Positions 1 through 10,952 are shown, counted from the first letter of the stretch. The stretch: DNA of 64,000 nucleotides from Blastocatellia bacterium (GCA_043775925.1 JAYVRW010000170.1:6578-70577), one strand, 5' to 3'. The notes: a model not told the origin generated them from the sequence alone. A program made the numbers and translations.

Positions 1-1
1 T

Positions 2-304
2 AAACGCTGGGAATTGGACGATTCATTCAAGCCGCGTTCGTGTCAGATGACAGCTTATCGCGGCGAAATCTGGATGATGGGCGGGCGAGATACGGCAGGC
101 GAAGATCAAACGCTGATTTATTCACCACTCACAAAAAAATGGCGTCAGGGGCCGCTGTTGCCGCGTCCGCTCAGTTGGGGCGCAGCCGAAGTTGTTAATG
201 GAAAATTGATCATCACAGGCGGCGCGGCGAGCTATGGAAAAGATTATTTATATAACGATCTCACCTTTGTTTTGCGTGAGTTTAAGATTGGTACAGTACG
301 GTGA
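2..304 (+). CDS. Kelch-repeat protein, C-terminal fragment (gene starts upstream of window)
   Basis: Frame is open from window edge; 'GEIWMMGGRD', 'NGKLIITGGAAS' Kelch-blade-like motifs; the track's start at 14 is an internal TTG. Confidence 0.45.
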   Translation, partial: KRWELDDSFKPRSCQMTAYRGEIWMMGGRDTAGEDQTLIYSPLTKKWRQGPLLPRPLSWGAAEVVNGKLIITGGAASYGKDYLYNDLTFVLREFKIGTVR

Positions 305-410
305 GCGATAGCGAGCTGATGCTCTGATTGTATGTAACTCCAAGTTACCAGATCGCTACCGCTCACTGTACTGTACCGCACAAAAACAGGTCGAATTTCA
401 GGAGGACAAG

Positions 411-1910
411 ATGCGCAACAAATACAAATCAATCGCGTACTTGCTGGCAATTGCGGTCAGCGTCATTAGCTTCGTTGAACGAACAATAGCCTCGCCACAA
501 TCCAAACGCTATGAACCAAAATGGGAATCGTTGGATGCTCGTCCTACTCCTGAATGGTTTCTTGATGCCAAATTTGGTGTGTTCATTCACTGGGGCGTTT
601 ATTCAGTCCCCGCGTATGGGCAGGTCGGCGAATACGCTGAATGGTATTGGAATCGCATCTCAGGAACTGACAAAAAATTTGCCCAGTGGCGCGAATTTCA
701 TCAGAAAAATTATGGCTTTGAGTACATGGATTTTGCGCCAAACTTTAAAGCGGAACTCTACGACGCGAAGCAGTGGGCGAATATTTTCAAGCGCGGCGGC
801 ATCAAGTATGTCGTGCTAACCTCCAAGCATCACGAAGGCTTTGCGTTATGGCCGAGCACCGAAGCCAGCCGCACGTGGGGGCGTCCGTGGAATGCCGTAG
901 AAATTGGGCCAAAACGTGATGTGCTTGGCGAACTCGCCACCGCGACACGCGCCGAAGGTCTGAAATTTGGTTTCTACTATTCGCTGTACGAATGGTACAA
1001 CCCGCTCTGGAAAACCGACCGTGCGCGCTATGTCACGGAACACATGACCCCGCAATTCAAAGATGTTGTGACGCGCTATCAACCCTCGATAATTTTCAGT
1101 GATGGCGAATGGGATATGCCGTCGAAAGATTGGCACAGCGAAGAATTGCTGGCGTGGCTTTTTAACGAAACTGCCAACAAAGATGAGGTCGTAGTGAATG
1201 ATCGCTGGGGCAAAGATTCGCGCCACAAACACGGCGGATATTGGACGACAGAGTATGCGGCGGGCTTAAAAGACGGTTCGCATCCGTGGGAAGAAAGTCG
1301 CGGCATGGCGTATTCCTATGGTGTCAATCGCGCCGAACGCGTAGACGATTACAAAACAGGGCGCGAGTTTATTTTCACCTTAATTGATCTCGTCAGTCGC
1401 GGTGGCAATTTATTGCTCGACATTGGCCCGAATGGTGACGGTACGATTCCTCCGCTGATGGAACAACGCTTATTGGAAATTGGCGATTGGTTGAAGGTCA
1501 ACGGCGAAGCGATTTACGGTACGCGCACGGCAGGACGTTCATCGCAATGGAGCGAAGGTAAACGCCCCGATCAGCAATATGGCGAATTCATGGTGAAGTA
1601 TAAATTGATGGATCAGCTTGGACAGCAACCCAAAAACGGCATCGCAGTCAAACAGGTTTTCTTCACGAAAAAAGCCGATGCGCTGTATGCCATCACTGCT
1701 GGTTGGCCTGGCAAACAACTCGTCCTGCGCAATATCAAAGCGCCTGCGAACGCCAAAGTAGAAATGCTCGGCATAGTGGGTTCGCTCAAGACTTCGCGCA
1801 AAGATGACATGCTCACGATCACTACGCCTGACCTTGGACCGGATCAAGCACCGAGTCAGCATGCCTTTGTTTTCAAAATTAGTGGTGGAGAAGCGCTGCC
1901 AGAAAAATAA
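411..1910 (+). CDS. alpha-L-fucosidase (GH29), secreted
   Basis: ATG with AGGAGG SD; N-terminal signal peptide; GH29-typical 'FGVFIHWGVYSVPAYG...EWYW', 'KHHEGFALWPS' motifs. Confidence 0.85.
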   Translation: MRNKYKSIAYLLAIAVSVISFVERTIASPQSKRYEPKWESLDARPTPEWFLDAKFGVFIHWGVYSVPAYGQVGEYAEWYWNRISGTDKKFAQWREFHQKNYGFEYMDFAPNFKAELYDAKQWANIFKRGGIKYVVLTSKHHEGFALWPSTEASRTWGRPWNAVEIGPKRDVLGELATATRAEGLKFGFYYSLYEWYNPLWKTDRARYVTEHMTPQFKDVVTRYQPSIIFSDGEWDMPSKDWHSEELLAWLFNETANKDEVVVNDRWGKDSRHKHGGYWTTEYAAGLKDGSHPWEESRGMAYSYGVNRAERVDDYKTGREFIFTLIDLVSRGGNLLLDIGPNGDGTIPPLMEQRLLEIGDWLKVNGEAIYGTRTAGRSSQWSEGKRPDQQYGEFMVKYKLMDQLGQQPKNGIAVKQVFFTKKADALYAITAGWPGKQLVLRNIKAPANAKVEMLGIVGSLKTSRKDDMLTITTPDLGPDQAPSQHAFVFKISGGEALPEK

Positions 1911-2028
1911 GATTATAAGCTTTGGAGCCTACAGTGAAAAATGCATCCTTCAATGGCTTGCAACTATGCCAATAAACTCCAATAATACTGAGATAAATCT
2001 TTCCCAAACTATTTTTCATTGAGGAACT

Positions 2029-2799
2029 ATGACCGAAAACCCCGTCAGTAAGTCGAATCCTGTGAGTGAAGCGCTCACCTCCATCAACAGTCTCACCGAC
2101 AAACAGCTTGAAGAAGTCGGTCGCTCGCTCAGTGTCGGTTCGCTGCAACGCCTCAACAGTAAATCGTTAGGCACAAAAACGAAGGGCTTGATGAATAAGC
2201 TCTTCAATCTGATTCTGCTCTTCACCTTGGCTGCGGTGATCGCGGCGAGTTTTTCCTATTTCTTTCTTAAATCAAATATTGCAGCGAGTGAGCGCAGCAA
2301 CCCACAAGCCAGTTGGGGGTATTCTGTTGACCAGTACCGTTTTCGTGATCGGATGCGATTGAATCTATGGAGTGATTCCAGCCTGTTCAGCGCTGCCAGT
2401 GATGCTACATTTGACTTGAATAATGTCAGTGTCAGCAAAATGGTCGAAGAGAGATGGCTGGATAATGGTCGCGCCGTCCATTTGAATTTACTGGTCAAAT
2501 CGGGCGGTAAAGAACTTCCCGCAAAATTGATTTATGATTTTCAGCGCGGCGAAATGTATATGTCTTCGCCTTTGGATTTATGGCGTGCGCCGAGTGAACC
2601 CAACAAAAATCTCAAGATGACAGAGGAGGAATTTCAATCGGTTTTGAATCGTCTGTCGGGACAAGTTGTAGCTCCGCCGCCTGCGCCTTCGGTGGCTCCA
2701 AGTGTAGCCGCCTCCATCGTGCCAACTGCTGCGCCGTCTCTGGCACCTTCAGTTATTGAAACCCCTGCGCCTTCTCCTGCAAAGGAAACTACGCAATGA
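2029..2799 (+). CDS. hypothetical membrane-anchored protein with Pro/Ala/Ser-rich C-terminus
   Basis: ATG with GAGGA SD; one TM helix (LFNLILLFTLAAVIAASFSYFFL); C-terminal APSVAPS repeats; stop overlaps purN start (ATGA). Confidence 0.5.
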   Translation: MTENPVSKSNPVSEALTSINSLTDKQLEEVGRSLSVGSLQRLNSKSLGTKTKGLMNKLFNLILLFTLAAVIAASFSYFFLKSNIAASERSNPQASWGYSVDQYRFRDRMRLNLWSDSSLFSAASDATFDLNNVSVSKMVEERWLDNGRAVHLNLLVKSGGKELPAKLIYDFQRGEMYMSSPLDLWRAPSEPNKNLKMTEEEFQSVLNRLSGQVVAPPPAPSVAPSVAASIVPTAAPSLAPSVIETPAPSPAKETTQ

Positions 2800-3392
2800 A
2801 AAAAATTGGCGTATTAATTTCCGGGCGCGGCTCGAACATGTTGGCGCTGGCTGATGCTATTAACGAAGGTCGCATTGCAGAGGCTGAAATTGCTGTGGTC
2901 ATCAGCAATACTGCGGAGGCGGGCGGTTTAGCGAAAGCGCAGGAACGCGGTATCGCTACGGCGGTGTTGGATCATCGTGGCAAAAAGCGCGAAGAACATG
3001 ACCGCGCAATGGCAGCAGAGCTTCGCAAATATGACGTAGATTTGGTTTGCCTCGCGGGTTATATGCGCTTGCTTTCGCCCTGGTTCATCCGCGAATTTCC
3101 CAATCGTATTTTAAATATTCACCCCTCATTGTTGCCCGCGTTTCCAGGCTTGGAGGCACAAAGACAAGCAGTCGAGTATGGCGTGAAAATTACAGGTTGC
3201 ACGGTGCATTTTGTAGATGAAGAACTCGATCACGGCGCAATCATCAAGCAAGCGGTTGTTCCCGTTTTGTCCGGCGATGACGACCATTCTTTAGCGCAAC
3301 GTATCTTGGTAGAAGAGCATAAAATTTATGCTGAAGCCGTGAATATGGTGCTGCGTGGAGCCTTCAAAATTGACGGGCGCAAAATTAGCTAA
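2796..3392 (+). CDS. purN: phosphoribosylglycinamide formyltransferase
   Basis: 'ISGRGSNM', 'NIHPSLLPAF', 'GCTVHFVDEELDHGAII' PurN motifs; AAGGA SD. Confidence 0.9.
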   Translation: MKKIGVLISGRGSNMLALADAINEGRIAEAEIAVVISNTAEAGGLAKAQERGIATAVLDHRGKKREEHDRAMAAELRKYDVDLVCLAGYMRLLSPWFIREFPNRILNIHPSLLPAFPGLEAQRQAVEYGVKITGCTVHFVDEELDHGAIIKQAVVPVLSGDDDHSLAQRILVEEHKIYAEAVNMVLRGAFKIDGRKIS

Positions 3393-3706
3393 GAAAATTT
3401 ACGCCGCCTGACTTTATTTCTTACCTGAAGCAGAAAATACGCTGGTTGCAATAGCAATCTGACCATGCTACACATGCATTCCCCTGTAATTAAATATAAA
3501 TTAAGTCTAAGCCCTAATCAGTTGAATGTTTCCTCTCACCCTCCGACTAACGGCACTGCGCCCGAAGTTCAAATTCCTGGCTGTGCATCCGGCTTTATCC
3601 CGTATTACCGTAGCACACTACAATTTCTATTTTGGCAAATGCTAAATAAGGCATTTGTCTAAGTTGCAACCCTGCGGCTTAATTAATCCCAGTCTAGGAG
3701 CAGTAA

Positions 3707-4747
3707 ATGAGATTTAAAGCATTTAAGGCACAAGTGTGTGCTAATCAACACCTGCGGTTTTCCCTTATCATTTTTCTCTGTGCCTTTGCACTCAGCTATA
3801 GTTTTATTTTCCCCACACCACAGCACGCCCAAGCAACCACTACGCTTGATGTCGAAGAACAAGCATTTCTCACTCTCATTAATAATTATCGCCAGCAAAA
3901 CGGCTTGTCATTGCTACAAGCATCAGTGACTTTAACCAATGCGTCCAAATGGATGAGCGCTGACATGGTCGCGAAAAATTATTTCAACCATACAGATAGT
4001 TTGGGACGCGATCCGTTTGTACGCATGGGAAGCTTTGGTTACAACTTCAACACGTATAAAGGCGAGAACATTGCAGCGGGTTACAGTGACGCTGCCAGCA
4101 CATTCAATCAGTGGAAAAATTCGGCAGGACACAACGCCAATATGCTGGATCCAAATTACAAAGTGGTCGGCATCGGGCGCGTCGCCAACACAGCAGCAAC
4201 GTACTGTTATTATTGGACAACTGATTTTGGCGGCTATGTGGATCAGGTTATTTCTCCAACGGGAAATCCCACTCCCACCCCAATCCCAACACCGACACCG
4301 ACTCCAGCGCCTGTCACTGTTGCCATTCTCAATCCGAGTTTTGAAAATGGAATAACAAGTTGGACGCCGAGTGGTTATGTTTATCGTACGACGAGTTATG
4401 TGACGAACGGATCATACGCGGCATTGCTCTATGCAAATACGGGTAACTCGTCGTTTATTTCCCAATGGTTACAACTGACCGCCGGAGCCACTTATGAAAT
4501 AAGCGGTGACTTTCGCAACGATCCACGCAATGCTGCAATATTAGGCGTGAAATGGGAAAATAATGCTGCCGGGCCTCTGGTGCAATACAACCCAGCCGTA
4601 AGCGCCGGACAGGGACAGACCTTAAAGGTACGCTTCACGGTGCCTGACGGAAGCGGCAAAGTCAGCGTGTATATCAAGGCGACGGGAAGTTCTATGAACT
4701 TTTACTGGTCAGTCGTAGATAATTTAACGATTGTGCGTGTGAATTAG
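3707..4747 (+). CDS. secreted CAP/SCP-like domain protein with PT linker and C-terminal carbohydrate-binding-like beta-sandwich domain
   Basis: Signal peptide; CAP-domain motifs 'GENIAAGYSDAASTFNQWKNSAGHNANMLDPNYKVVGIG'; 'PTPTPIPTPTPTP' linker; AGGAG SD. Confidence 0.7.
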   Translation: MRFKAFKAQVCANQHLRFSLIIFLCAFALSYSFIFPTPQHAQATTTLDVEEQAFLTLINNYRQQNGLSLLQASVTLTNASKWMSADMVAKNYFNHTDSLGRDPFVRMGSFGYNFNTYKGENIAAGYSDAASTFNQWKNSAGHNANMLDPNYKVVGIGRVANTAATYCYYWTTDFGGYVDQVISPTGNPTPTPIPTPTPTPAPVTVAILNPSFENGITSWTPSGYVYRTTSYVTNGSYAALLYANTGNSSFISQWLQLTAGATYEISGDFRNDPRNAAILGVKWENNAAGPLVQYNPAVSAGQGQTLKVRFTVPDGSGKVSVYIKATGSSMNFYWSVVDNLTIVRVN

Positions 4748-4767
4748 TAGCTCTGCTCATCTGCACA

Positions 4768-4812
4768 AAAAAGAGCCTGCTGGCATTTATCGCGAGCAGG
4801 CTCTGATTTTTC
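4768..4812. terminator. bidirectional Rho-independent terminator between convergent CAP-domain gene and wzt
   Basis: GAGCCTGCT...AGCAGGCTC stem flanked by A-run upstream and T-run downstream. Confidence 0.5.
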
Positions 4813-4832
4813 TTCAAGATTGAACGTTAATT

Positions 4833-6119
4833 TTACGCGAGGCTGGAATCTGCCGAGCGAACTTCAATCGTTTCAGTCGGTGGCAGCAAACGCCATTGTT
4901 GCGGTGTATAGAACATCCCGCGCACAGATTTTCCAGGCAGCACTTTCAGGATGTACTGACGCGGTTTCAAATCATACGGCGCAACGGAACCGCGCTTACT
5001 GAAGATGCCGTCTACTTTATAGATTCCCGGCGTTAATCCGAATTCGCTGCAATCGAATTCAATAATGCCTTCGTCGGGCAACACTCCAATTTCCGGGCCG
5101 TTAATTGCTGTGGTCAAGTGCGAATACAAACGATCATCCGGTGAGTAGAAGAGCATTTCAAAAATCGGGTCTTGGATGGCGCTGTAGGTTTTGTAATGAA
5201 TCCGCGCAATCAATTTATCCCCAGTCGAAATGGTATCCGTTTCCTGTCCATCGCCGTTGTGGAATTTCACGCTGATAATTTCAGCGTCCTGACCATATAA
5301 TGAAGTCTTCGTTTCAATCGCTAAGCCGGTATTATTCTGCGCGATTTGTGCAGTTGATTTTTTCGCAAACAACACTTCATTGTAATAAACGCTAATTACT
5401 TCCTGGGGCTTACCGCTGGCACGAACTTCGCCTTTTGACAGGAAGACTACGCGATCACAGAGACGCTCAACGGCAGGCATATCGTGCGAGACGAAAGCGA
5501 TGGTCATTCCGTCACGTCGCAGTTCTTCGATACGCTGCTGACATTTGCTTTGGAAATTCGCGTCACCGACGGCGAGGACTTCATCAACTAATAAAACGGA
5601 AGGATGGATATGCGCGGCGACGGCAAATCCTAAACGAACATACATGCCCGAAGAGTAGCGTTTGACAGGTGTATCAATGAATTTTTCCATTTCGGAAAAC
5701 GCGACGATCTGATCAAATTTTTTGGCAACTTCGGCTTTCTTCATGCCCATAATTGAGCCGTAAAGAAAAATATTTTCGCGTCCTGTTAATTCAGGATGGA
5801 AGCCTGCACCGACTTCAATCAACGAAGCCACGGAACCGTTGACTTCGATTTTGCCTTCGGAAGGATAAATAATTCGCGCCAGCAATTTTAGTAATGTACT
5901 TTTCCCTGAGCCATTCGGACCAATAAATCCAATGGTTTCGCCACGTTTGATTTGTAAATCTACCTCTTTCAGCGCGAAAAATTCATCGCTTCCGGCTAAG
6001 CCTCTGGAGCTTGGCAACAGGTTTTTGGTCACCCGCGCCAATTCTTCACGAATAGATTTTGAACCCAAGCGGCTGAGGCGATATTTTTTGGAAACTCGAT
6101 CTAAGACAACAATACTCAT
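4833..6119 (-). CDS. wzt: polysaccharide/O-antigen ABC exporter ATP-binding protein (Wzt/TagH type) with C-terminal substrate-binding domain
   Basis: Walker A 'GPNGSGKST', signature 'YSSGM', Walker B '[11 protein letters not shown]'; start set at ATG 6119 ([13 protein letters not shown]); the ORF-track N-terminal extension was rejected. Confidence 0.85.
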   Translation of the reverse strand: MSIVVLDRVSKKYRLSRLGSKSIREELARVTKNLLPSSRGLAGSDEFFALKEVDLQIKRGETIGFIGPNGSGKSTLLKLLARIIYPSEGKIEVNGSVASLIEVGAGFHPELTGRENIFLYGSIMGMKKAEVAKKFDQIVAFSEMEKFIDTPVKRYSSGMYVRLGFAVAAHIHPSVLLVDEVLAVGDANFQSKCQQRIEELRRDGMTIAFVSHDMPAVERLCDRVVFLSKGEVRASGKPQEVISVYYNEVLFAKKSTAQIAQNNTGLAIETKTSLYGQDAEIISVKFHNGDGQETDTISTGDKLIARIHYKTYSAIQDPIFEMLFYSPDDRLYSHLTTAINGPEIGVLPDEGIIEFDCSEFGLTPGIYKVDGIFSKRGSVAPYDLKPRQYILKVLPGKSVRGMFYTPQQWRLLPPTETIEVRSADSSLA

Positions 6120-6207
6120 AAAACTGTTTCGAGTTTCGAGTTTTGGGTTTCGAGTTATGAGAGACCTTCTTACCTCGAAACTCGAAATCCGAAAACCCGA
6201 AACTAAT
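6120..6207. repeat. intercistronic imperfect palindrome built of TTTCGAG/TTTCGGG heptads (PAL-1 family, copy 1) between wzm and wzt
   Basis: Left arm gtttcgagtttcgagttttgggtttcgag pairs with right arm ctcgaaactcgaaatccgaaaacccgaaac. Confidence 0.6.
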
Positions 6208-7131
6208 TTAAACCAGATCTGCGAACTCGCGTTCCAGATGTTTGAAATATTTATACGAACCCCAGAGTAGGAACAGTGAAATCGCTGTCGCGATTCCAAG
6301 TAATTTCAGGTCGGGAGTTAAACCCTGTACGACGCACTTGCGATAACTGTCAATAATCACAGCCATCGGATTTAGCGTCATATAGGCGGTATAAAGCGCT
6401 TCGCTTTTGTCTCTGACACGCGAGGCTGGGTACAAAATCGGAGTGGCAAACATCCAGATTTGAATGACCAGTGGCATCGCATAGCGAACGTCACGATACA
6501 GTACGGTGAAGGCTGACAGCAAAAATCCCATGCCAACTGTAAAGATTAACTGGATTAGCATGACTGGAACGATAAAAATGACGTTCCAATTAATCGTGAC
6601 CTGATCGTGATAGAAAATCAGCAACCCGATAAAAATTACCGATGCCACGAGAAAGTCAAAGAAAGCCGCCAGCACACAAGACAGTGGAATAATTTCACGC
6701 GGGAAATAAATCTTGGTGATGATGTAAGAATTCGTAATCAGGCTGGGAATAGCAAACGACATGGAAGTCGAAAAGAACGTCCACGCCAATAATCCCGTGT
6801 AGGAAAATAACGCGTAAGGCATTCCGGTATCGCCCTTCATTCCGGCAAAATACGAAAAGAACAAGCCAAACACCAGCATCAGCGAAAGTGGTTGCAAGAC
6901 TGCCCACACTGCGCCCAGCGCCGTTTGTTTATAGCGAATTTTTAATTCACGTTCCGTTACTAATTGCAGCAACTCGCGGTGATTAATCAATTCTTTGAGA
7001 TGGGAAAAAGTGCTATTACTCCACTCAACTTGTCCCTTTAACTCCTGATCCGAATGCTCGATGTCGTGAGGTGGGGGGGTAGTGAGGAGAGCCTCTGATG
7101 TGACTTTGTTGTCAACTGCTGTAGCAGGCAT
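6208..7131 (-). CDS. wzm: polysaccharide ABC-2 type exporter permease (Wzm/TagG type)
   Basis: Six TM segments; '[20 protein letters not shown]' and 'KIYFPREI' ABC-2 motifs; start set at ATG 7131 with AGGAG SD (the ORF-track extension was rejected). Confidence 0.8.
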   Translation of the reverse strand: MPATAVDNKVTSEALLTTPPPHDIEHSDQELKGQVEWSNSTFSHLKELINHRELLQLVTERELKIRYKQTALGAVWAVLQPLSLMLVFGLFFSYFAGMKGDTGMPYALFSYTGLLAWTFFSTSMSFAIPSLITNSYIITKIYFPREIIPLSCVLAAFFDFLVASVIFIGLLIFYHDQVTINWNVIFIVPVMLIQLIFTVGMGFLLSAFTVLYRDVRYAMPLVIQIWMFATPILYPASRVRDKSEALYTAYMTLNPMAVIIDSYRKCVVQGLTPDLKLLGIATAISLFLLWGSYKYFKHLEREFADLV

Positions 7132-7255
7132 ATCTATATTTTCAAACTCCTGTTTCCTTGCTAATGCGACCAGGCAATGTAGCAGTGAGCTTTTAGCGAC
7201 TAATGAGGGGAGATGATTCGGCTCGCTTTCGCTCAAGAAATGGTACCGAATACAA

Positions 7256-8560
7256 CTAAATTTTTGTTCGACTTTCAGACGGCTGGTTTTCCTGCCAAGC
7301 CTGAGTTTCTGCATCGGGGACACCGACACCATTCAATAATCGGACACCTTTTAAGGGAGCCAGTCGTTCATAAATCTCAGCATATTTAATCGCAATTTGC
7401 GACCAATCACGCTGCTTGACGATTTGTGCTCGCGCCCGTTTACCTAATTCTTTGCGCTCAATTGGATTGTTCACCAATTGCGAAATCCGTGCGCCTAAAG
7501 CAATTTTATCATCAGTCTCGACAACGAAGCCAGTTTTGTTGTGACGGAGTAATTCAGCCATCCCTCCAACATTGCTACCAATCACAGCGCATTCCATCGC
7601 CATCGCTTCCAGCGGTCTGATCGAAGTCGTTAATTCCGTCATCCGCGTACTCAACCGAGGGTAAACACAAATATCAATGACCGAGTAATAACGCAGGATT
7701 TCTTCCTGCTCAATGCGTCCGGTGAAGACAAAATGCTCATTCCATTCACGAGGAATTTTAGTCCGCAACACCGCCTCCGTCTCACCTGACCCGGCGAGAA
7801 TCAATTTGATGTCACGCCGCTCGCGTAACAAATAATTCATCGCCTGAATTAATCTTTCAAGACCTTCGTACTTATAAAAAGAACCAATGAAACCGATGAC
7901 GGTTTTGCCTCGCAGTTGATGTTTTTCAATCAGCTCTATGTCCGGTGGGCGAGGACTAAAAACCTGTGTATCTACGCCTTCGGGAACTTCCAGTAATTTT
8001 TTTGCCGAGAAGCCGCGCGCCATCAACTCACTACGCATTGAATTTGAGGTCAGAATAGTCAGATCAGCTTCTTTAATAGCTCGTTCTTCCATCCATCGGG
8101 CAAATCTATACCGCGCACTATAGGGATTCGCCTGTCCACTATCCACAGCGGCATCCTGCTCATAGTAGCGTAGTTCGTAAATCCACGGCTTTTTCAAATA
8201 ACGTGCGGCTCGCCGCGTCGCCAATCCATTCAGAGCCGGCGAATGGGCATGAATCAAATCTGCCTCGCAATCACGTGCGACTTTGACGATCCGCTTAGCT
8301 AAGGCCGCGAGATAAGCTTCGTGGCGTAACAATGGCACGAAGCGAGGTTGCGGCAAAAAATAAAATGAAGGCCAACTAGAGCGATGATGCTGAACTCCCT
8401 GAAGAATTTCAAAATCTTCGCCCGGACTTTCATGACTCGGTGACGTTAATACCACCGGATTCAACCCCATCTGACGCTGGTTAGAAATAACGTAGCTGCT
8501 GCGAAAACTGTACGCACTCAAATAGGGCAGTGAATGATCTAAAACGTGGAGCACTCTCAT
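7256..8560 (-). CDS. glycosyltransferase family 4
   Basis: GT-B fold motifs; C-terminal 'EGLERLIQAM...ILAGSGE...FVFTGRI' GT4 pattern. Confidence 0.8.
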   Translation of the reverse strand: MRVLHVLDHSLPYLSAYSFRSSYVISNQRQMGLNPVVLTSPSHESPGEDFEILQGVQHHRSSWPSFYFLPQPRFVPLLRHEAYLAALAKRIVKVARDCEADLIHAHSPALNGLATRRAARYLKKPWIYELRYYEQDAAVDSGQANPYSARYRFARWMEERAIKEADLTILTSNSMRSELMARGFSAKKLLEVPEGVDTQVFSPRPPDIELIEKHQLRGKTVIGFIGSFYKYEGLERLIQAMNYLLRERRDIKLILAGSGETEAVLRTKIPREWNEHFVFTGRIEQEEILRYYSVIDICVYPRLSTRMTELTTSIRPLEAMAMECAVIGSNVGGMAELLRHNKTGFVVETDDKIALGARISQLVNNPIERKELGKRARAQIVKQRDWSQIAIKYAEIYERLAPLKGVRLLNGVGVPDAETQAWQENQPSESRTKI

Positions 8561-8662
8561 TGCTTTTGTGGTTAGCTTAAAAAAGACACTTTGGTACGGG
8601 GAATCAGTAAGATTGGGGATTTAAGCTGTTACTGCGCAATTATTAACACCCTCACCCTTTCC

Positions 8663-9757
8663 TTACGGAAAATTCTTAACCAGTGCTGGACCAATAATTT
8701 TTGTTACTCCGAAAGGTAACTTTTTCCAAAGATTAATCATCATTTCATATTTTGGATTCGTCGGATTCAGATTCGGCATTTCCTGTGCTTTGACGAGGTA
8801 AAATTGATAGGGTAAAGCTTTCATTTCCATCCCCCATCCGCGTTTGAATTCAAACGCTCCGGTCCCATTTTTGCTGCGCCCGAAATCGAAGCGAGTGTAC
8901 CCGCGTTGAGCCGCCGATTGCATCAATGCCCAGTACATATAATTGTTGATACCAGCACGATAAAATTCACCGTAAGCACCTCCGTAGTAAGGCATTACGG
9001 TATCACGGAAGTAGAAATTCAAGACCCCACCTGCGACTTTGTCGCCCTGTCGAATCAGGAGAATATCACTTTCGTTCGGAAACTCACACAAAAACGTGGC
9101 AAATAATTTTTTGGGGAAAACCGGAGTGCCAAGATGATGCACACTGGTAGCATAGACTTCGTAGAATTCATCCAATAATTCTTCACGCCCCAACTGAGCC
9201 GTTAGCTCATTTTTGATTCCTTTACGAATCATGGTTCTGATGTCGCGTGGAAAAGTTTTCATGAGAGCTTCTTCGTCAGTCGAAATCGGATGTGCAAAAG
9301 TGAAATATAAATCTTTACGATGTAAGTCAGGGTCTACAGATTCGGTTTCAAAGGCATTGCGTAGTTCAAGAAAATCCACTTGTAAACTGGTCGCAATTTT
9401 TTTTGCTTCAGCGATTAAGGCTTCGGCAGAAGCCTGGTCTTTCGCCACGGCTCCACCGTAAACGGCATTTGGCGATGAAACCAACATTGAACCGAACAGG
9501 CGACTTTTAACATGAAAAAGCGGCAAAATGCCTGTGATTTCAGACCCGCGTTCAGCGAGCAAATGATAGGCCGAATGCTTCCAGACGCTTGCCACGACGC
9601 GCGCCCACCCGCTTTGATGACAAAAGGTCGCCGCCGCTTCGCTTGCCACGAGAGCATCCCAGGCCAGAACATCCTGAGCCTGAAATGCACGAACCTTCAC
9701 TGTATGTAATTGAGCTGAGTTGACCGATGCCACGATCTGCGCAGTTGCTGATTCCAC
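8663..9757 (-). CDS. FemAB-related (GNAT-fold) protein, PEP-CTERM/exosortase-locus type
   Basis: GTG start with AGGAAAT SD; FemAB/GNAT-like architecture; fits the PEP-CTERM-associated FemAB family by length and position next to the deacetylase. Confidence 0.6.
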   Translation of the reverse strand: MESATAQIVASVNSAQLHTVKVRAFQAQDVLAWDALVASEAAATFCHQSGWARVVASVWKHSAYHLLAERGSEITGILPLFHVKSRLFGSMLVSSPNAVYGGAVAKDQASAEALIAEAKKIATSLQVDFLELRNAFETESVDPDLHRKDLYFTFAHPISTDEEALMKTFPRDIRTMIRKGIKNELTAQLGREELLDEFYEVYATSVHHLGTPVFPKKLFATFLCEFPNESDILLIRQGDKVAGGVLNFYFRDTVMPYYGGAYGEFYRAGINNYMYWALMQSAAQRGYTRFDFGRSKNGTGAFEFKRGWGMEMKALPYQFYLVKAQEMPNLNPTNPKYEMMINLWKKLPFGVTKIIGPALVKNFP

Positions 9758-9770
9758 AATATTTCCTATT

Positions 9771-10649
9771 CTAATTCGTCGCCAGCGCTAGTGCTTGCAA
9801 GCCTAAATTCCGGTTCTCCAAGACCTGTCTGACGGGGGCGAAAGAAAAATCTTTCAGGAGTTGATTCAGCCGGCTCTCAGTACGATTCAAATTCACCCGA
9901 TGCCGCCAAATATTTAATTTAGTACCAGGAATTATAGGTTGTTCGGGATCAACTTCCCAGGGATGTAAAAAGAAAATCGCTGGTTCCGATTCACGCCGAT
10001 GAAGTGTTTGCCACCCTAATTTGAAAAGCTTATACGGCAGCAACCGAAAATACCCGCCACCTGAAATCGGAATATTCGTCCCACCTATTTGTACTGTCGA
10101 AGGAGGAAATTCAATAATTTCCCCGGCTGGACGATGTAGCACATGCGGGAATCTTTCAGCATCTGGAATGCCGTAGCGGTCATGTTTCGTCGGGAAAATA
10201 GATGAATCGTATTTGAAACCTTCTTCAATTAAAATATCCAAAGCCCACAAACTTTTTTCGGTAATCGAATAGGTCGGCGCACGGTATCCAATAACCGGAG
10301 CACCAATTATCTCTTCCAGTAATTGCTTGGATTTTCTAAGATCTTCTCTGAATTCTTCAGGAGTTTGTTGGTAAATAAGGCGATGATGGAAACTGTGACA
10401 GGCAACTTCGTGCCCAGCGTTCGCAATTTGCTTAACCAGCTCAGGATGCATTTCAGCGACATAGCCCAAAATAAAAAAAGTCGCCTTGACATTATGACGC
10501 GCGAACATTTCCAATAATAAATTAGTATTTCGCTCGACCCGTGATTCCCACTTCGGCCAGTCTTCACGACAGACCACCTGAGAAAAGGCTTCGACCTGAT
10601 AATAATCTTCGACATCAACTGTTAGCGCGTTCAGCATTCCGTTATCCAT
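9771..10649 (-). CDS. polysaccharide deacetylase, XrtA/PEP-CTERM-locus subfamily
   Basis: N-terminus '[18 protein letters not shown]', 'HSFHH' CE4 motifs. Confidence 0.75.
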   Translation of the reverse strand: MDNGMLNALTVDVEDYYQVEAFSQVVCREDWPKWESRVERNTNLLLEMFARHNVKATFFILGYVAEMHPELVKQIANAGHEVACHSFHHRLIYQQTPEEFREDLRKSKQLLEEIIGAPVIGYRAPTYSITEKSLWALDILIEEGFKYDSSIFPTKHDRYGIPDAERFPHVLHRPAGEIIEFPPSTVQIGGTNIPISGGGYFRLLPYKLFKLGWQTLHRRESEPAIFFLHPWEVDPEQPIIPGTKLNIWRHRVNLNRTESRLNQLLKDFSFAPVRQVLENRNLGLQALALATN

Positions 10650-10952
10650 CACACCCTTGAAACTAATGGTTGAATATTCTGATTGTATTGTGAAACTTTT
10701 GTATTTAAGTCAAGCATACCTTCACAATAATCTTCGATGAGAAGTAGTTGGATCCTCTTGAAGGGATCAGAATGGTAAGCAATGTCCCTTGTTAAGTCGT
10801 AGGTTGCAGCGTTTTAAGGGCTTTATACGTGAGGCCAACCTTAATTGAAATAATAGCCTTGATACTAGAGTTTAGACAAGGGGAAATTCGTTGCCTCTTC
10901 ATTGTAATGTTGTCACTCTTGAGTGAGGGGTAGCTTCAAGCTCGGCGTTCAC

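Noticed and set aside
3465-3929. Small ORFs (65, 63 and 71 aa) in the purN-CAP gene intergenic region
   Set aside because: They overlap each other and the CAP gene start, and lack an RBS; treated as noise
4833-7332. The ORF track's long N-terminal extensions of wzt (to 6299) and wzm (to 7332), which would make the two genes overlap across the palindrome
   Set aside because: The conserved ABC N-termini begin at internal ATGs (6119 and 7131), each with a proper SD; the extensions run through the intergenic palindrome and have no homology
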